A DNA stretch of 64,000 nucleotides from Haliotis rufescens (taxonomy: Eukaryota): contig NW_025963891.1 of NCBI RefSeq assembly GCF_023055435.1, positions 21,948,001-22,012,000 on the forward strand. The letters run 5' to 3'. The stretch's first letter is position 1. The number at the start of each line of letters is the position of its first letter. The translations under genes were made by a program, and so were the position numbers. The notes under the pieces were generated by a model, which was given only the letters and a program-made list of their open reading frames with translations, was not told where the DNA came from and did no database searches. Positions 43,301-52,300 of the stretch are shown here, in pieces.

Positions 43301-46300
43301 ACTCTAACCTGGGTCACCTCAGCAATGGGTGCAGCATTGAGACCTACTCTAACCTGGGTCACCTCAACAATGGGTGCAGCATTGAGACCTACTCTAACCT
43401 GGGTCACCTCAGCAATGGGCGCAGCATTGAGACCTACTCTAACCTGGGTCACCTCAACAATGGGTGCAGCATTGAGACCTACTCTAACCTTGGTCACCTC
43501 AGCAATGGGCGCAGCATTGAGACCTACTCTAACCTTGGTCACATCAGCGATAGGTGCTGCATCGGGGACTACTCTAACCTTGGTCCCATGCAGTAACTCT
43601 TTCATGTTGGTTACTGTCACCAAAGGATGGTTGTGGTAACAAGATCAGACCAGTCCTAGACATGTACAACATCTGTGAAAGTCCATTCCTAACAGTTAAT
43701 CAATTTTGTTTTTAACCTTTCTAAAAAGTCCAACTCTACCAACAAAAAAACACCAAGAAAACTCATTCGCTTCTAAGAATCAATATTTCAAAGTCCCAGT
43801 ATTCAAACTACAGCACATGTGAGTCGAGCACATGTTAGAGGCAAAATCTCCATGTCAGTGTGAGGAAGTATGTACTATCAATGTGACCTACATTACTTCC
43901 TTCAGGTAGCAAACACATCTCTCCTTCACCAGCAAGTGTAGCAGGATAAAGGTGGCTAGGACATGGAACAGTTTTATCACCATCAGCAAGTGTGTGGGAA
44001 AACCTGGCAACTGTTCCCTGTCTTCCCAGGATTAATCACCATTGCTGGTCCTGCGGACCTAACATGGAAACTGACAGTACACACTCAGGACAGTCACTAT
44101 TACAAAAAACTTTCTGAATTATTGAATCAAAATATCATTTGATAAACTTTACATCAATATACAGCAGCAGATTTTGTAGATTGACAAATAAAACACTGGC
44201 TCAAATCTTCAGGGAAAAACTTAAAATTGAATTATCAAATGCAATCAATGATGACAGCCAAGTCCACACTTATTCCAAAATGTCAGTGTGATGTATATTT
44301 CCAATATCATATTTCCTCTTATTTTACACAGGAAATGAAGTCCAACATATTATTCTTGCACTAAATCACATGTAACCAACCAGTAAACTATCCCTGGCTA
44401 CCACTGTGCAGTCTCAGCACGACACACACATGGCAATACTCCCACACCTCACACATAATGAACACAATATTCCCTGACAGTGAATCTCGAATGATAACCA
44501 TCCAACTAATAACTGAACGTTACAAATTGACAGTGTCAAAACATGGTTTGATAACTAGTTGCTAGCCTTGCTCCAAGACTGTACTGAAAGTCCATGGCTG
44601 TGTAGTAATTCTATCCTTATAATAGGCAAGTCTACCTAAGCAGACAGTTCACTTGACGCAAGTGGCAATTAGGGACAACTTGTTCTTATTACTTTTATAA
44701 TCTCAAAATTTTGATTTAAACTAATAATTATTTCCTCAGAGCCTTGTGCAAGTCTACCTACTACCAACTAACAAATGAAACATTTTTACATTATTTTCAT
44801 TTCATAACACTCATTACAAAAGAGCCGGACCCATGCCGAGCCTGCGTTTTCAATATCAGCATATATTTATCATGATTATGATAACAGGGTTGTGATATTA
44901 TGCCTGCTGTGCTGCTAAAACATGATTCACTGAAGCATACAGCTAGGTGACAGCTGGGTAATACACAGCCAGAGGACATGCTGACCCACAATGGACAGCG
45001 AACAACACTATAGACATGTAGAGGTCGAACATTCATACATAGGTAAGCCTAAAAGGCTGTTACTTTTTTATTTCCTAGAACACAGATTTCTTTCTGCAAA
45101 AGCAATAAGTCAGAGGATGGGAGTTAAAAAACTACAATAGACTCTTATGGTCCTGTAGCTCACCTGAATTTGTCTAAAATATTATAGTAGATCCTGAGTA
45201 AGGAAGAAAAAGGAAATGGAATAACACATAAAAACTGCTTATGACGTTTCAGAAGAACACAAGCTGCAATGGCTGAGCAATGAGCAAAATCACATTGGAA
45301 ATATGGCTGCTGTGGCAACCATGTTTGAAATTGGTTCTGAAATTTGTCAGAACATTTTTGAAATCTGTTTATCAAGGAGGAGGTACAGAACTCTAGATAT
45401 ACATGGCATCAGCTATGACAAATTGATCTGAGTAAAGAAGAATGTCAAATTGAGCACCATATTAGGGATAATGATTTGTTTGAAAATATTTCGTCTTCAC
45501 AAAATATCAATGCAATTTTTAAGAAAGGTACCCAGCTCTTTTCATGATACTGGCTTACAGATTCTTTCATTGACAAATTTGAAACAAATAACAATATATT
45601 TGTGTATTTTAATACTTGTTATCTTATTTGGCATAACATCCCGGGGAGGTCAGTTTAGTGGGGAAAATACATTGTTAATCTGTGCAGTAACACATGTAGA
45701 CTGCTGAAAGTAAAAGGTTTGCTTCTTAATAAGGCACGGTTAGAACTAAACTCAAAGCCTGGGTAAAGATGAAATACCCTTGTGATGTTAAAACAATGGG
45801 GAAATTTGGAAATTTTCCAGCTCAAACGAATCTGTACTAGCCGCGGGCAAGAGGGCTAGTGTTAAGTTTTAACCCTGTTGTGTATCTGCAGTGGCCTCGG
45901 AGAGTAGCCACATTATGTATTTCATCATGCAGTTAGTATCCAAAAAACATAATAAGATGCTTTTTGTCATATTTTGTAATTGTAACTTTATACATTTCTA
46001 ATCCTGTAACAATAGAATATATCCATCAAAAATAGGAATAGATGGACATCATTCTTATTTTATTATATATTTTGCTACAGGATGTTGGCTGCAGCTAGCC
46101 AATGTGCACAACAGAGCCGGCACTACAATGATGCACAACAACATTGCATGAGCTAACAGCAGGCATACGGAAGCACACAAAGGCAATAAATCAATAAATG
46201 TGTATAAGATGCCATGCACAAGGGACTCTGAATGTGTGCAGTCACACACAATCATTACTTAAAAGAAATACCCTCATATTCCACTGGTGCATGCATTGCC

Positions 46301-49300
46301 ATAAACAATGTGTGTCTTCTGGCATGACAGAAAACACACAATACGTATACATAGTCAGCATGTATATACAAGAATTCAAAACAAGTATACACACAGTTAG
46401 CATACATAAGCACTTGGCACCTACACAAAGCTAACATACACAGCATTCATAGCAGGGACACATTGGTAGCGGACAGCAACTGACATACAGCATACAGGGA
46501 AACATACCCAGTAGCACACAGCAAGGATACATCAAGCATACAGTTAGTAGCGTACTAGTGTACATTGCAACCACACACACGCATGCACGCACGCACGCAA
46601 ACACTTTGAGTACATGCTGGTAGGTTGGCCCCCATGAAGGAGGACATATGGCAAACACTTGACTGCCTATGAAACTCAAGATAGACACATGGCTGTTTAT
46701 ATCATATAATCTAAATACATGTAAACCTATTAAGCCTTATCTGATTATTTACTCTAACTTCCAAGTGCAGATTCTCAAGTCGTGACTTATAAATACAGCT
46801 AACTCAGCAACTCTCCTTCATTCTTCTTGACCATCATAAAAGGATGCACTCCTATCTCTCTAACAAAGCCTTGAGGCTATATTTAATAAAACATTCACCC
46901 CCATTCCATCACCCCTTCTCAGCTCTAGCAGGTGATACTCATACCTTTTCAGTTCTGACACCAAGAAATTTGGGGGTTCCTTAAAAAAACAATTTTGTTA
47001 AAGGTGAGGTGAGGTGAAATCGGGTTTAATGTCGTGTCCAAGATTACTGCACTTATACTGCAACGAGCATGTGTGTGTGCATGTGTGCACATGCTTGTAT
47101 TGTGCTAGCCCACTGAGATACCATGTTGCAGTTTAACATGAAAACCCCACTCAGACACAGTACACTGACTCTGAGCCAACCAGTCCTTGTATTAGTACCT
47201 TAATGCAGAGCGCCAGGCAGGGTACCATCTTTTAATGTTCTTTCGTATGACACGGACAGGGGTCAAACACTCCCAAACGCCCTCTCCCTGGGCAGACACT
47301 CTACCACTAGACCACGGAGGCGGTCTATTTTTGTTAAACTTCATACATAATTTTACTCCGGAGATAAAGTGTTAGTCTAGTCACACTCTGGAATTCAGCA
47401 GTATTCTACAGCATAATGTCTATTACCCAAATCCCATGCTGACATATCTCATTTTATCAAGATCTGTTTTCTAGAATAAACCAAAAATTGTCTGACTACA
47501 CAAAACATCAACAATCAAGACAGAGACACAATAACATACTTACAAGCAAATACTTCTTTTAATTAGAAATGTTACCCTCAAAATAAAATTACGTCAGTAA
47601 ATATATCCATCCTCTGACAAATGTTTCCCTAATGAAGGTACTCCTCCCCTCCACCTGGGCAGGCAAGTGTGTGTAGGCTGAAGGTGCAGCAAGTGACAGC
47701 CATGTACAGCAGACAGCTGATAGAGACTGGCCTGAACTGGCCTACTGGCCATTGTCTACCTCAGTGTTTGTACAAAGATTACCAGCCTCAACAAAACAAT
47801 CCAACTCCCTCATACAAGTGGGTGGGTGGGAGGTCACTCGTTGCATGTAGATTACTCCTAGAATCTCAAACAGCTGTTTCTCACATGTTCCACATAAATA
47901 TGTCATTGGTCAGCAGTCACTGATCACGATTTGTAATAGTGACGAGGTCCTAGTTCTACGAGCTATCAACTAACAAAGACTTAAGTGCTTGTTCTCTTGG
48001 AATCATTTGCTTTGATATGCTGTTGAATCAATATCTCATGCAATCTGGACTCCTATTCATATTGTTGGCGTGTTTGGTTCTGATATCTAATAAAAAAAAA
48101 GGTGAAATAGCTAGATTCTTATTGTGAGGTGAGGTGAAATTGGGTTTAACGTCGCGTCCAAGATTATTGCACATATATAGCGATGTGCATGTATGTGTGT
48201 GCATGTGCATGTGTGGTTGCTTGTACTAGTCCGGAATGATGCCGATTTAAAGTGCTAGCCCACTGAGATACCATGCCGCAGTTTAACATGAATACCCTAC
48301 TCAGACACAGTATACTGACTCCGAGCCGACCAGTCCTTGTTTTAGTCCCTTAATGCCGAATGCCAGACAGGGCAACAACAAGTACCATCATCTTGTAGAC
48401 TAATGCTTAATCACTGACATATATTATTTTGGTAGAAGCAAATAACTCCATTTAAATTGAAAAAGAGCACCAGTGAAAGGGAAGATTCAGAACCTGAGGA
48501 AAATCAAGAATGGCTTCATTTAGGGCTTTTCCCTTACAGAAAGGGCAGGGCAGAAGAGAAAATAATAAGGATTATAGTGTGAGATAGACCAGGGCATGTG
48601 TGACCCTTCAAAATAATGTTTAAGTTTCGTTGCAGGAGCCATTTTTCACATGTTTCAGCCGAGACCTAAGTAATAGCAAAAAACTTGGTAATTCTGTATC
48701 TGTTATTTACATCTATGTAATATTTATAATCAGATAATCAGTATATATACTGATGTACATTGCAAATAACCTGAGGCTTGTATAATCAGATGTATGGAAA
48801 GTGTTCTGTTGTTTTTATTTTCATCATGTTGTGCTGCATTTATGATATGTATAACCAACTGCCATGTTCTTATCACTGTGCCATGTTGTTTGTTAATTAT
48901 ACACTGTCCCGAGTGGGCCTTTTTGTATGATAAAATTCTTGATTCTTGATTCTTTTGCTTGATTTCAATGTGCATCAACCAGATCCTTCACCTAAACATC
49001 AAAAGCGTGAAGTAAATGGGACACAGACTAGTACAGCTTGTAAGAGTGTGATACTTGCTTTCACACCATTTGTAAGAAATAATGCAGTAATATCATGATG
49101 GGGACACCAACAATGCTGACAACCATTACACTAAGCTGACAATCAACGTAGCTGATGTACATTGCAAATAACTTTAAAATCTGTAAAAAATATAAATATG
49201 GAAAGGGTTTTGTGGCCTGTATTTTATTTACATAATGTTTGCCATGTTCCTATCACTGCGCCCTATAAATATTCTATTTACATGTCCCAAGTTGGTGTTT

Positions 49301-52300
49301 TTGTACTATAAAATTCTCGATGGAACAGCAAGTTATTCGTGTAAAACATGAAGTTTATACATGTCCTCCTCCTCACATGGCTTATGACCCATCCCCCCAG
49401 CAATGAACCCAACTGAACAAACCCACCACAGACAACATGTTTTGATAGTGATTCTCCCTCCAGCATGCAATATGGTTCATGGAGATGCCATGTCCAAAAA
49501 TGTCCATTCTTTACGCCCGGAAGAAATCTTCCATTGTCTAGCATGTGTGTGCACTGAACAAAGTTTATTCAGATGCAAAGAATCCCGAAATGTGTGATTT
49601 GAAAATAAGGTGATTTACGAGACACATTTGTGGAACAAGTTGCTCCAAGTTGTACCATGAGCGAACTGTATGCAAATCAATGTCAACGATGCACGCCGAG
49701 TTTGTTCTCAAATATGTGGTTCACATGCTAAGTGTAAACACCAGTGCACTTCCTAGGTCTTTCCTTGTACAAAAATCCAAACAAACAACCACACAATGTT
49801 TGACCCACATTCACCGTTTCAGACGATCTTTAAGGGAAAGTTTCATTTTTAAGTTGCACAGAAAAAAAATCCAAAATATTAATGTCAAATACTCACATCA
49901 TCAGACTTAAGAAATGAGTGAGTTAGGCCAGTTCAAATTTAATGTCGCATCAGCAAATAAGTGATTCTGGAATTAATAAACCATACCACAGGAATCCTTA
50001 TCATAAAGTTTTAATATTCATTAATGTAACAGACTGAGGCTTGCTGAGGAATGTTTAATATTTATTGATGAGTGTTGAAATAATTGATATCAAAAGACAG
50101 GAGGATAAGATTCTATTTATCATCCAGAATCAATCCTCCAATTTTTTCAGTTTCTAAACTGTAATATCTTATGTATAAGTACAGTTCACCAGCTTCAGTG
50201 ACAGAGAGATTAGCGATGTCATTTGATTGTGACTTCATGGTAACCAATGACTTTACAACTGTCTTCAAAGCATTGTAATGCAATTTCATTGCAGCCATAT
50301 CTCCTTTGAGATATAACCCAAGCAATATCCCTTGTGAAAGCCAGTTTGGGATGATAAATGCTGTAATGTAATATTTTTTTGCATAATGATACAACTCCAC
50401 TATAAAAATTCAAACCCTACTGGAGACCAGATTTCCAGATGGTTTACACTACCCATAGCATTGAACACACATATACTACTCAAAAGAAGTTAAGGACCAC
50501 CCACTTCTTTCATATTACTGCAGTTAATCTGTCCTGCCATGACAGATGTCCTTAACTTATTTTTCAGTAGTATAGGTGCAAAGTGATGTGAAGTGACACG
50601 TTCACAGCCTAAATCGATATCAGCTTTCGTAGCGGTATATATCTATGACATGTCCTCTCTTCTAGAGCATGATCCTTGTCCTCTGCCAGGGTGACATGTT
50701 CGTGGTTCTATTTGGCATGATCAGCATGGGAAATGTCAGGTGGGGAGAAATTAATCAACACATATATTCTCTCTGGAAGATCGCCAATAACTGCCCCGCA
50801 CAAGTTGACAGCCATGAGTCAGCCACTCAGTGATTCAATAGTATACCAGAAGGAAAAGTTGTATTCATCTGACTAGCAGCATCAACAATGGGAGGATGAC
50901 TGGCGTGTGTAAACAGCGAGACAGGTATCGCGATTGACATTGAAAAAGGTGTGAAGACCAGCTATTAGCTGCGAGAGGAGTTGCACCTTTACGACAACAC
51001 TGTCCTTCGACATGAAGCAGACAATGACACACATTTCAGTAGAGCTGTCACAGGCTCCACGTAATCCGGACACAATAAGAGGAAATACTTAGCCATCGTA
51101 GGTCGGTCATGATCAAGTGGGATAGGAACGTCAATGCTCCTGGTTTCTGTGAATGAACAGATCTCTCTGACCTTGGCAGATATTGCTAAATGTGTAAAGA
51201 GGATTATAGGAGATATATCTTAGAGTCTGATTGTATTGTATCGGTTTTCACACAACCAATAACATAATCCTCCCTTGTGACACAAAGAGGCTCCGATATC
51301 ATCCCCAACTTGGAAATCCTTATGAGAAAGAAATCTACATGAAATGTACATTGACAGGAACACAACACAGTCATGTAATAACCAACCTCAACAGGGAACA
51401 AATTCCAAATCTTCAAATGGCATAATACACTTTTTGAAGAAATAATCCAGGGATTTTGAAAAACAAAATATTCCACCAAACAAAGTAAACAACAACACAC
51501 TTGGCAAGTCTTGACCTTGTTCAACCTTCCCAGTGAAAACAATCACATATTTCTCACCAACACCTACCTGGAAATATTCACTTGGTTGGGCCCACCTCGG
51601 TTCCTCATTGAAACGGTTTTAATCCTCCTCATGATAACAATGGTCAACCAGATCGAAAACTTTCAAACAAATTCTACCACTATTGATCACATATATAATC
51701 TGAACAAGCAGCAATGTAATGGAAAAAACCTTGTTGCTAAAGAAACATGATTAATAAATGAAGAGCAAACATTTGCACCTGGAAAAACCCTTCAACACAC
51801 GTGAACCTAAACCAAACTCTGTTCTCACCTTTTTGCCCAATTTGCCATTAATCCCAGGTAGATTACTATGTTCTGTTAGTCAGTGCATGAATCAAGTTAT
51901 GTTTACAAATGGAAGCCTCCATTAGCCAATTAAAATGGCTCTACAATTTGTGAAAGTAGGCTCCGATGCTCTTATTATCACAAATAATATCTAACATGAT
52001 TTCCTTTTTTGAAAACATTGCATGCAGTGCAGTCACCAAGGATTTTACAACAGAAATAAAAAACAATTCTTTTTCAGAAACTGATTTTACAAGTTTCCAC
52101 AATGCATTTTTAATTGGTTTCTCTATACTGTGAAATATATCAAGACTTGTTAACAATACAAATACACATTATATTTGGATCCCTTATCAATGAAAAATCT
52201 ATCTTGAAATCTGCCACTATTAATCACACTTCAAAACGTGTTCCATTGCAACTCAACTTCAACCGAAATCTTTTATACATGCTAACACAATCACTAATCA

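Noticed and set aside
42802-43639. 244-264 aa repetitive ORFs on both strands
   Set aside because: Produced by a 45-bp array derived from a SINE head; the ORF starts lie inside SINE or flanking sequence.
46930-46965. Other tiny AG..GT candidates (10 nt here; 13 nt near 33805 and 61660; 18 nt near 17265)
   Set aside because: Frameshifting lengths and/or no pyrimidine tract.
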